Source: Camelus dromedarius (Eukaryota). Taken from it: a stretch of 64,000 bases of DNA. Positions 53,516-64,000 of this stretch are shown one piece after another (position 1 is the stretch's first letter; each line of letters begins with the position of its first letter). The notes below the pieces were generated by a model. The model searched no databases, had not been told where the DNA came from, and saw nothing but the letters and a program-made list of their open reading frames with translations. The DNA lies in NCBI RefSeq assembly GCF_036321535.1, contig NC_087436.1, positions 32,738,001-32,802,000 of the forward strand, written 5' to 3'. Made by a program: the position numbers and the translations under genes.

Positions 53516-55879
53516 GACCCTCCCATGATGTTCTTAGCTGTTTATTTTCAATTTAGAGCAGATTATAAGGTGCCTGCTTGGAGTTCCAAGGTCTGCTCAA
53601 TTGCTTCCTCACATTTTGTCTCCTTCGAGACTGTGTTGTGACTAGGCTGTGGATTTTAAATCTATAAGAGGAAAAGAAGTCTATGCCATTTATTTTTAGT
53701 GCAGTAGACACCTAGTTCCCTTTTCTTCTAGTCTGTCCAGAATTTAGCGATCTTGAAATGTAGTGAAGCATTTAGTAGGCTAAATGATTTCCCAACTTTG
53801 TCATTCTTTTCTTTGTCAAGTTCTTTGAAAATGGTTTTATGGTATATAGGCAACATAACAGCAGACATTTCAAAAAGCTTAAAGATTAATTTTGAAGAAT
53901 TTCCTAGTAAACATATGTTTTATATATTTTCAAGTTACCAGGTAACAATTGAAACTCTGCATAAAGACAAAGGAGTGATATCTGTATGTTGGTTTCTGTT
54001 TAAGTATATAAATAATGTTTAAATGACTGGTCTCATGCCGGAATATTGAATATTAAATCTGAATTTCATTGATGAAAGAAAGGATTCATAACATTCGTGC
54101 ATTCAGGCTACCTTCAACTCCCCAGGTCAATTAATTTCTAATTGTTAAAGCTAATGAGTTAAATTCCCTAAGTCAGTTGTGAATATGACCCTTTTTGAGA
54201 TAACATGGAGGCAAAATTTCCTTGCATATTTGTGATGAGTTTATTTCAGTCTGCCTCTTTGTAAAGTTTCATAATCTGTTTATGTGATACAGGGATATAT
54301 TTGATATATATGTAGGTACAATGCTAAAGTTTTCTTAATGGTTACTTGGTTTGGGGGATATTTTTTGGTTATTAAAATGTTAAAAATTGGTAGGAAGAGG
54401 CAAGGGAACAGAACAGTTAGTTTAGGACTGACATATTAAGTGTGGCTGCCTGGACTTGCCAATATTTGTCTCCTTTGCTATAGTAATGAGTTCTGTAGAG
54501 TTAGCATTGATTCTATAGGCAAATTACAGCAGGAGGCCTTTTGTGATATGAATAGAGAAATATTGTGACATTGTAACAAGTTAAACTTGTTATAAAACAA
54601 TTTTTTACTGTGCCTGTACTGTCAGTGGAATGCAGAGACTTACATATATTATTTCATCAGCCACTGATCTGGAAGCCCCTTCTTAGAAAACTTCCATGCG
54701 CCTGCCAGCCTTCTTAAATACTATAGGTGCATAGCTAAGATCTTACACAGTTGGAAAGATGGGTGAAAAATTTGCTTCAGGTTAATATGAAAACTTTAGC
54801 TAATAAACTGCTCCTGTTTCTCTGAGATGAGGCTGTCTTAGATTTACCAACTCAAAATATAAGTACATCTGCTACTGGTTTGTCTTAAGTGGCTTTTTTC
54901 TCTTTGAAAATGGTGACTTGTTTTATAAATGATATAGAAAAAATTATTTATGTCTAACGTATAAGGTATGAATACAAGGAATACAATTCTAAAAGGGAAA
55001 TTAAAAAAAGGCAAACTGTACAATATTTTAGGGGTAACTTTCAGGAGTTCCTTTGCTTCCTTTTATACATAAAATTGCCCTCTGCATGAAAAATAATTCA
55101 GTTGTAATAGATAATAGATAGCAGTATTCTGTGAGTATGAAGTGGAGTAACTGAAATTTCAGTTTGAAGTGCATAGAACTATAGGATCTGAGAGTTGAAT
55201 CATCTAGCTTTCCATACAGATATTGTTTATGCCTCTTCCTAAACATTTCCAGAGGTGGAAAACTTTCTGTTTAACCCTGTGGCTAGTTCCTTTTTTGAGA
55301 AATTGTAGTTGAAAGGCAATTCTCACACTGAACTAAATATGCACCCGATAGCATTCACCTTTAACTCTGTGCTTTGACTTTTCTACATGGTAGCTCTACA
55401 CATATTTAAAGATAACCATCATGCATTCTAAAATTTTCTTTTGCTTAAAACAAACAAATTTCCTTTAGCCTTTTTCTTGGCACTTCTGATTTCTGTTTTA
55501 CCTCCTTGGGTCACTGTTACTCTTAAATTATTTTATTAATATTGCTGTTGGACATTTGGGATATTATCATAAAGAGTCAGTGATTTTCCTAACAAACTAA
55601 TTCTCATTTCAATTAAAATGAAAAAAAAATCTAATTAATTTCATATAGCTCAGTATCTATCCTGCTAAGGTCAGAGGCGGAAAATAACACCAGGGAGAAT
55701 TCAGGCCATGTGTAAGGGAGAACTTTAACTGGAAATGAAACACAAGTTCATGCTTATTGTTTTTCCAAAATCTAAAGTAGAGGCAGCCTGCTGCGAAGAT
55801 GGCACAGGTCATTGCCCACATAGAGTGATTTTAGGCAACTAGTAAGGACTATTTTGCATCCATATTTTCTACTTCTGTG

Positions 55880-56230
55880 AGTTTAACTTTTTAGTTGCAA
55901 TAGGAAGAATCTCTGGCAAACAGTAAAAAATAAAAGAAATTTATTAGACAACTATGGATTTAGAATTGAAGGATGTTAAAGTACAGGAAACAGAGTAACT
56001 CTGGAGATCTAGGGCAAGGAAGAAAGCACAGCCACGTTAGGGTGCTTCTCTCACTGTTGGGATGGAAACCAAAAATTGTCCGTCTTTGAGACACTCTATT
56101 CAAGGCTTCAGATCTAGGGGAGCCAGAGTGATTGTCGTTGACAATCACTGTACCTTTGTTCAAGGGTAAAGGTAGCATCCCATGGCAAAATCTAAGTGTT
56201 GTGTGGGAAAAGTAACATACGACCACTGTT
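55880..56230 (-). mobile_element. Ancient MLT1-like LTR fragment
   Basis: tttagttgcaa..aaaagaaatttatt start motif; degenerate. Confidence 0.45.
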
Positions 56231-57417
56231 CTCCCTTACTTTACTTCTGCATACTTTTGGTACATCTAATAGGAGCAAAGCTTTTAACTTTACACGTCGT
56301 ATTGTATTTGAAAAGAAAGCTCACATAAGAAAGGTAATAATGACACATTTAGTCTAAGTTTTAAATGAGAGTCAAGAGATCCTCTCTTATGAATTTTATT
56401 AGTAAGATGGAAAGGGAAACATAAGGTGCTTTGTATGAGTTGCTGTGGCCTTTCTGGTACGGTTCCACAGAGGAGGGTTCAGTGCTCTGGAAAAAAAAAA
56501 AAAACCCAATTATTCTTAACTTTTGCCTTCATCAGCCCCTCCCAAAGCAAGTTTTCACTATGATATTTGTATAAATTTAAAAGGTAGACATTTAAACCTG
56601 TACCTCTGAGGGATTTATTAGTGCTGCTGTCTTGATGGCAGCCCTAAATTCTACTTTTGCCTGGAAAATTTGTCTTCCTGAAGAGCCTGGGTTCACTTTA
56701 CCCTGCAGTCAGGATTGTGATTGATTTGGAGCAAAGAGGAGATTATGGGCCACATAATGGGCCTTGGACTTCTTGCTGGGGAATAGCCATAGGAAGTAGA
56801 TCAAAGAGACTGAATAGATCATAAGAATGAGCTGGGAGAATATTGCCTGATTAAAATAATTATCAGATATTGAGGATCATAGTTACAGAAGCTGGCAGGC
56901 AGAAAGACTTGAATTTATTCTAGTTTGAAAAGGTCTACGCTCTCCTTTATTCTTTTTTTAATTGAAGTATAGTTGCTATGCAATGTTGTATTAGTTTCAG
57001 GTGTACTGCAAAGTGATTCATTTATATATACTTTTTCAGATTATATTCCATTATAGGTTATTACACTAAAATAGGTTATTTTGTAACCTATTACAATATA
57101 ATAGGTTATAGAATATAATTCCCTGTGCTATCCAGTAAATCCTTGTTGCTTATCTATTTTTGTGTAGTAGTTTGTATCTGTTAGTCCCATACTCCTAATT
57201 TGTCCTTCTTTCCCTCCCTCTCCTCTTTGTTAATATGTTTGTTTTCCATGTCTCTGAGTCTGTTTGTGTTTTGTATATAGATTTGATTGTATTGTTTTTT
57301 GATTCCACATATGTCATATATAGTATTTTTTATCTGACTTAATTTATTAAGTATAATATCCTCTAGGTCTATCTGTGTTGCTGCAAATGACAGTATTTCA
57401 TTCTTTTTTATGGCTGA

Positions 57418-57418
57418 G

Positions 57419-57453
<35 letters not shown>

Positions 57454-57512
57454 GTATGTGTGTGTGTGCATGTGTATGTGTGTATATATATATATGTATA
57501 TCTGTCTATCTA
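57418..57512. repeat. Compound (GTATAT)n/(GT)n/(TA)n microsatellite inside L1
   Basis: Direct reading. Confidence 0.92.
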
Positions 57513-58584
57513 TCTAGCTGTCTCCAATTATCTTCTCAGTCCAGTCACATGTTGATGGGCATTTGGCTTGTTTCCGTGTCTTGGCTATTGTAAATGGTGC
57601 TGCTGTGAACATTGGGGTGCATGTATCTTTTCCAATTAGAATTTTCATTTTTTCCAGATATATAACCAGGAGTGGGAATGCTGGATCATATGGTAGTTCT
57701 GTTTTTAGTTTTTTAAGGAACTTCCATGCTGTTTTCCATAGTGACTGCACCAGTTTACATTCCCACCAACAGTGTAGGAGGGTTCCCTTTTCTCCACACT
57801 CTCTCCAGCATTTATTACTTGTAGACTTTTTGGTGATAGATATTCCGTCTGGCGTAAGTTGGTACCTCATTATGGTTTTGATTTGCATTTCTCTATTAAC
57901 TAGTGATGTTGAGCATGTTTTCACATGACTATTGGCCATCTGTATTTCTCCTTTGGAAAAATGCCTATTCAAGTCTTCTGCCCATTTTTTGATTGGGTTT
58001 TTTCAATATTGAGTTGTATGAGCTGTTTGTATATTTTGGGTATTAACCCCTTGTAGGTCGCATCATTTGAAAGTATTTTCTCCCATTCTGTAGTTTGTCT
58101 TTTTGTTTTGGTTATGGTTTCCTTTGCTATGCAGACGTTTTAAGCTTGATTAGGTCCCATTTATTTATTTTTGCTCTTATTTCTTTTGCCTTGGGAAACT
58201 GATCTAAGAAAATACTGCTGCAACTTATGTCAAAGAATGGTTTGTGTTCTCTTTAGGAGTTTTATGGTGTCATGTCTTAAATTTAGATTTTTAAACCATT
58301 TTGAGTTTATTTTTGTGTATGCTGTGAGGGAGTGTTATGATTTCATTGATTTACATGCAGTTGTCCAGCTTTCCCAACACCACTTGTTGGAGAGACTGTC
58401 TTTTCTCCATTGTATATTCTTGCCTCCTTTGCTATAGATTAATTGATCATAGGTGTGTGATTTTATTTTTGAGCTCTCTATTCTGTTCCATTGATCTATT
58501 TGTCTTTGTGCCAGTGCCATGCTGTTTTGATTATTGTAGCTATGTAGTATACTGTGAAGTCTGGAAGAGTTATACATCAGCTTT

Positions 58585-58753
58585 TTTTTTAAATGTTTTT
58601 ATATATTTTTATTAAAGTATACTCAGTTTACAATGTTGTGTCAATTTCTGCTGTATGGTGTAATACTTCAGTCATACATGAGCATACATATATTCATTTT
58701 CATATTCTTTTCCACCATAAGTTACTATAAGATAATGAATATAGTTCCCTGTG
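58585..58753 (-). mobile_element. Short L1 3'UTR tail nested in the 56949-60010 L1
   Basis: TSD cagcttt at 58578-58584 and 58754-58760; poly-T; similar to 12016-12179. Confidence 0.9.
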
Positions 58754-61689
58754 CAGCTTTGTTCTTTTCTTTCAGGATTGCTTTGACAATTTTAGATTTT
58801 TTGTGGTTCCATGTAAATTTCAGGGTTATTTGTTCTAGTTCTGTGAAAAATAATATGGGTATTTTGATAGGGATTGCATTATATCTGTAGATTGCTTTGG
58901 GTAGTATGGCCATTTTAACAGTATTAATTCTTCCAATTCAAGAACATGGGATATCTTTCCATTTCTTTGAACAACGTTTGATTTCCTTTATCAGTGATTT
59001 ATAGTTTTCAGCATATAGGACTTTCACTTCCTTAGTTAAGTTTATTCTTAGTTTTTTTTTTTTCTTTTATGGTGATTTAAAATTTTTTTTTAACTTTCTT
59101 ATTCTGGTATTTCATTAGTAGTGTAAAGAAATGCAACAGATTTTAGTATATTAATCTTGTTTCCTGCTGAGCCTTTGCTGAATTCTATTACTAGTTCTAA
59201 TAGTTTTTATGTGGAGACTTTAGGGTTCTCAATAAAGAGAATCATGCCATCTGCAAATAGTGACAGTTATACCTCTTTCCTTCCAATTTGGATACCTTTT
59301 ATTTCTTTTTCTTGTCTGATTGCTTTGACTAGGACTTCGAATACTCTGTTGAATAGAAGCAGTGAAATGGGCATCCTTGTCTTGTTCCTGAATTTAGTGG
59401 GAAGGCTTTCAGCTTTTCATCATTGAGTATTATGTTGGCTATGGGTTTGTTATAAATGGCTAGACCAGATCTTTGCCCTGATTGTGTGCCAGGCTGTGGA
59501 GTGGAGTGAGCAGAGATGGGGCATTTGCCTCTTTGGGTTGGGAAGTGTAGCAAGGCGATAGTCACCAAGGCAAGGTTCTGCTTCCTAATTGTTAGCAAAC
59601 CAGGACATGTGCACTCCTTGTGAATAAAGGCTAGACTTACCCAGCCCTTCTATTTGTCTCAGTGGATTTCCTGGCAGGTAAGGGGGCTTGTCTCCTGAAT
59701 GCAGGACCCCAGGACTGGGATGCTCAGATTGTGGGTACACTTGCGCACTTCCCAAGGCAAGAATCCATTCATTTTGACCTTTTCTTCCTTACAGATCCCT
59801 CTTAGGGGAATCCGTCTCTATCTGATGCCCTTTGTTCCCATCCTGTTTAGTTTTGTAGAGATCTTTCTTGAAGCTTTGGTTGTGTAGGAGTTCTGTTGAT
59901 TTCCAGTTAGTTTTCCATGAGAGTTGTTCTACATGTAAATTTTTTTTGATGTGTTCATGGGGAGAGGTGAACTCCATATCTTCCTGCTCTGCCATCTTGA
60001 TTCCCCTCTCAAAAAGTGCTGCTCTCTTTAAGATAAAAGTAAAAACTATGCATAGAGGATAGCACAATGCTTCAAATAGATTGAAGGTAAAAATAACTTT
60101 AGTTTTATGCAACTAGTTTTGAAAATAAGATTAAGTGTAGTAATGAAAAATTTACCCTGATGAATAAATCACCAAAAGTAATCATTATACATTTTCTGAT
60201 TCCACGGTAACATTTTACAGATAAACATACAGTTCTACTACTTGAGTTTAAGAAACTGTAGAGTAGCCACATAGGAAGCTTATAGCTAGACCTGGTAAAG
60301 ACAGAAAAGATAAATGTTCTTTTAGTAGTGATGGGAAACTGTAAAAGTGTATTGAATTTGTACCTGCCTAGTAGCAAATAGCTTGAATGGGAACAAATAT
60401 GTTATGTTCTGTGTCTATCAGTGCATTTCTTCTACTGCATTGGACCCCAGTGGGCCATTATGCTTGAGATATTTTTTGTTCCTGGGAAAGAAATCAGCTT
60501 CATTTTGAGGGAATGTATGTGTATAGTCTCTCACTGTGTTCTCTTAAAGTAAAAAAGAAAAAGCTTATTCATGAAAATTTCTGACATCCAATACTCAATC
60601 CCTGTAAGTTACTGTTAGTTTAATTGTCACTCATATGCTTTGCTAACACCTTGATAGGTGATGTTTATTATTTGTAGATGTTCATAGATGATGATCAGAG
60701 TCAGTAAAATATCCCAAAATTTCTCATAATAATGAAGAATGATTTAATGTGTGCATGATAATATTAGAGTTAAGTCTAATTAACTAGTTATTTTGTTCTG
60801 ATTCCTTTATTACTGTTATGTCATGTGAAAGATAGATGCTAAATGTTAAATGGGGCAACTTTAAAAATTTCATATTCCTTACTTATTTTTTTAATAACAG
60901 AGCTTGTTGGAAGTATAAGAAAACCTAATTGAGCAAGCATCTCAAGTCCTGGGAGCTTGGCTTACCTGAGATTGTCTATAAATTTTATCTGATATAGATC
61001 TACATGTATTCTCCCATGATAGTTAGCTCCCACAGTGTAATATAGGGCCTCCATTTTTGGGAGAACATGATGTTTTTATTTATCCTTTATAAGGAAAGAT
61101 ACAGTTTCAATCACTTTAGTGTCTTCGTCAAAGCAAAGGCCACTTGTTATCATCTAAAAGTCTTGAGTCAATATGATTAGTGAAACAAGCTCTGTAGTTC
61201 TTGCTACTGAAGCTGGTCTCAAGGACATAATTGATACTCAGAATGTCTCTCCTCCACTATCCAGTTTAAATTTCCCTTTCTTTTGTCCAAAACATTAGCT
61301 AGTCTGTGTTTTTTTCCTGGTAGGGTGACCTAGATCTTGATCTCTAATGCCTTGGTTACTTTGCCTTTCTTGAGTTAGTGTTATTTTAACAGTCATTGGA
61401 TACAGATACGGTAAGAGATGCAGCATATGCAGAATAAATACACCTGAAAAAACTGTATAGGACTCATCAGCTAATCAAAGTAGGCAGTAGAAAAGTAATT
61501 TGGCTACACAATTAAATATAGCAGCAATTTAAACATTTATCTGAATTACTCTTATGTATATCTTTATTTCAGATTTATTTTGTGTAATTTTTTAGAACAG
61601 TGGTCATTCCAAAATTCAAATTGTCTTAAGGAGGAAGTACACTACTGCTTCAGGAACATACAGTGGAGGAAAGAATAAATTAAGGAACA

Positions 61690-62180
61690 TGTGGTGGTCT
61701 CGTTATTCATGCCACCATGCCCTAACCATGTAGGTTAGTGGACTTGACCCCACCTTTGAGGTTGTTCCTGACTGGCCTAAGCAAATCAGTGTAATCCTCC
61801 CTGCTTTGCTCCTCTGATAAACTCGTACTCAATCCAATCTTCCCCAAGGCATTTCCTGGTAATTGTTTCAGTGATAGTTTAGCCAGAGTTTAGGATTTTT
61901 ATGATGCTTTAAAAGTGACTCACTCTAACTCCCAGGATGTGAATGAGGAAGCCCCCTGCTGGCAGCTATCTTTCATTTAGGGGTAGGCAGTTTGAGATGA
62001 AGTTTAAATATGGAAAAGGGCAGAATAGAGATCACAAGAACTGAATCTTTTACCATGTGCCCAAAGCCTGGTTACTTCTAGAATTTTCAGTTACATAAAT
62101 CAATGAATTCCTTTTATTGTATAAACCAGCTTGAGTTGGATTTATTTTAACTTGCAACTAACAGCATTTTCCCTGATATA
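61690..62180 (+). mobile_element. Ancient ERVL/MaLR LTR (LTR16/MLT1-like)
   Basis: tgactggcctaagcaaatcag; ttttcagttacat..taaaccagcttgagttggattt..acttgcaac end. Confidence 0.7.
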
Positions 62181-62434
62181 GCAGTGAAGGTACAGAGATA
62201 TTTTGAGCTGTAGAGGAGCCAAGAGTATAAATGATGTCTACCCTCTATTTCATCTATACAATTGAAGGAAAGGTAATCTACAGAGATTTAAGGGAGTGTA
62301 CCTAGGACTGCAGATATGAGAAAAGTGAAAAGGAATTGGAAGATCCGCTAAAGGAAATGTGTTGGGGAACCAAATTTAGATGGATCTCTGCTTCTTTATG
62401 ACATTTACCATTAGTTGATATTATACTTTTGTCT

Positions 62435-62580
62435 TTCTTAGAAATTGTAAACCTCATGATGTTGGGGGTTGTGTCTGATTGATTTAGTCATCATATTTCC
62501 AGTGCCTAGAATTGGGCTTGGCATGTGGAGAGGCTGAACAGATATTTATACATACTGATGAGAGGATGAATTTCTGAACA
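62435..62580 (+). mobile_element. L2 3' end fragment
   Basis: ttgtaaacctcatga..tatttccagtgcctagaa..cttggcatgtggagagg. Confidence 0.6.
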
Positions 62581-63864
62581 AACTTAAGAGTCCAGCTCAG
62601 ATTGAGTAGTATGACTATATGGTGGAAAAAATTGACCTAGTTTCTGAACTCTTTCAGAAAATACTCTTTAGCCTGGATACATCAGAGGAGAAAGATTATG
62701 GAGTTTGTCCATGATTGTGGAATGGCCTTGCCTGGTGCCTGGCACCTAGTGAATGGTACATACAACTTTAATGCTGCACAATGTGACAGTGGTTGTGGCA
62801 GAGGATAAGTGGTGAGGAAATCCAGTATGGCACCAGGGTAGTGTTGCTGACATGACTAACCGCTTGTTACGAGCTGGAGAGGGAAACGGTTGATTAAAAT
62901 AATTTGAAGGTAAAAAGTAAAACTGCATCAAACTAATGTGATGCCGAAGCCTTGGTTTTGGAGTTCATAGCATAGTTGTTTAATTTTACTGGAAAAAACA
63001 TGAGTACCACTAGATGAACTACTTAAATCCAGCTTTCTTCAGGTAAAAGTAGTAATGACAGGGCAAAATAAAACCATAAAGAGATCACCAGAAAAAAATA
63101 GTCCAAAGATCCTTAGAAACATAGTTGGACATGTGTATGCATTGTGAGTCTTGGTGATGCAGGGATCTGAGAAAATCTGTTATTAGAACTTATTTGAAAG
63201 ATGGAGAAAAGGAACAGAGAAAGTTCCAACTTCAACCTGCATTAAAAAAAACCCAAATAAAACAGTTTAAAGAATTTTTGAAACTGGCTGTTGTGTTTAA
63301 ATTTAGTAAGTAGGCTAAAGAAGATTTAAACAATGGGCTGCACTGTTGTAGCTGCTTATTTTTATTGGGTCTATTGGCAGAAGTCTCTCATTTCTTCACA
63401 CTTACTTCTCAAAGACCCTGGAGTCCCAGGTTTCACTTAGCATAGTAACAGCTTTCAAATAATAATCTGGTGTCTGTCTCGGCCTCTGTTTTTCCCTTTC
63501 CCTTTGTACCCTTGCCTTTTTGTTATTTTTCTTAATTCCTCTCCCTACCTACTCCCCCTTTTCCTCACACCTTTTTTTTTTCTTTTCTCCTATTCAGTTT
63601 CTCTCCAGATTACAAAGATGTCAATTAGCTATAAAGGACATCTCATGCATAGTGAAATGTGTTTGTTAAAAAAGTCTGGAAGTGTCACAGGGAATTCTGT
63701 TCCAGGGTGGTCATCGTGACTCTGCTATACCAAACTGGTTTTGAGGGTTAGGATAAACTTGAAGGGATTGAATTTAATTAGACTCTTGGAAACTCCAAAA
63801 ACTAGGAGCTACTCTATCATTCCAGATGGTGTTGTGATAGAAATATCTTTGTGATTAGACAGGC

Positions 63865-64000
63865 CATTTTCAAATCCTAGATTCATTTTTTTTTATTAGC
63901 TATGTGACATTGGATAAGCAGCTTTAACTCTGTGGCTTTTAGTTTCCTCATCTGTAAAATGAGAATAATAATACTCATCTCAAAGTATTTTGTGAGGAGT
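63865..64000 (+). mobile_element. MIR core, runs off the window edge
   Basis: ttattagctatgtgacattggataag..agtttcctcatctgtaaaatgagaataataata. Confidence 0.88.

Larger units (their letters stand above)
56949..60010 (-). mobile_element. Internally deleted LINE-1: 5'UTR (59461-60010) joined to ORF2 3' part and 3'UTR
   Basis: 5' end gagaggggaatcaagatggcagag on minus; ORF2 fragments [21 protein letters not shown] and [18 protein letters not shown]; degenerate TSD aaaaggtctacgctctccttt (56928-56948) / aaaaagtgctgctctcttt (60011-60029). Confidence 0.9.

Noticed and set aside
54571..54595. Short palindromes (also 21287-21304 and 38341-38361)
   Set aside because: AT-rich 8-12 bp stems with no context; too short for miRNA precursors.
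55731..55740. ETS-IRF composite motif GGAAATGAAA
   Set aside because: A single short A-rich match, expected by chance at this window size.
1..64000. CRISPR arrays, operons or other prokaryotic-type systems; endogenous non-retroviral viral genes
   Set aside because: The sequence is mammalian repeat-rich DNA; no regularly spaced repeat-spacer array or long non-L1 ORF was seen.

Overview
AT-rich, CpG-depleted eutherian mammal DNA, probably camelid (one tRNA-derived SINE resembles the camelid Vic-1 family). No intact host protein-coding gene is recognisable. Much of the window is transposon-derived: several generations of LINE-1, L2, MIR, ERV1/ERVL/MaLR solo LTRs, CR1/L3 remnants and one fossil RTE-clade LINE. 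Long L1 copies are nearly all on the minus strand, and three short + strand segments with good splice signals (10370-10447, 19948-20012, 21095-21123) suggest introns and non-coding/5'UTR exons of an unidentified + strand gene or lncRNA. I found no convincing new biological system. The best leads are an L1 with both ends but 5'UTR fused to mid-ORF2 at an AG (possible spliced retro-insertion), a young L1 ORF2 with frame-preserving deletions, a twin-primed L1 inversion, a strong-context uORF in a candidate exon, an inverted YY1 pair in a TE-poor block, and fold-back repair scars. Repeat family names come from recalled consensus motifs, not a database search; boundaries of old repeats are approximate.
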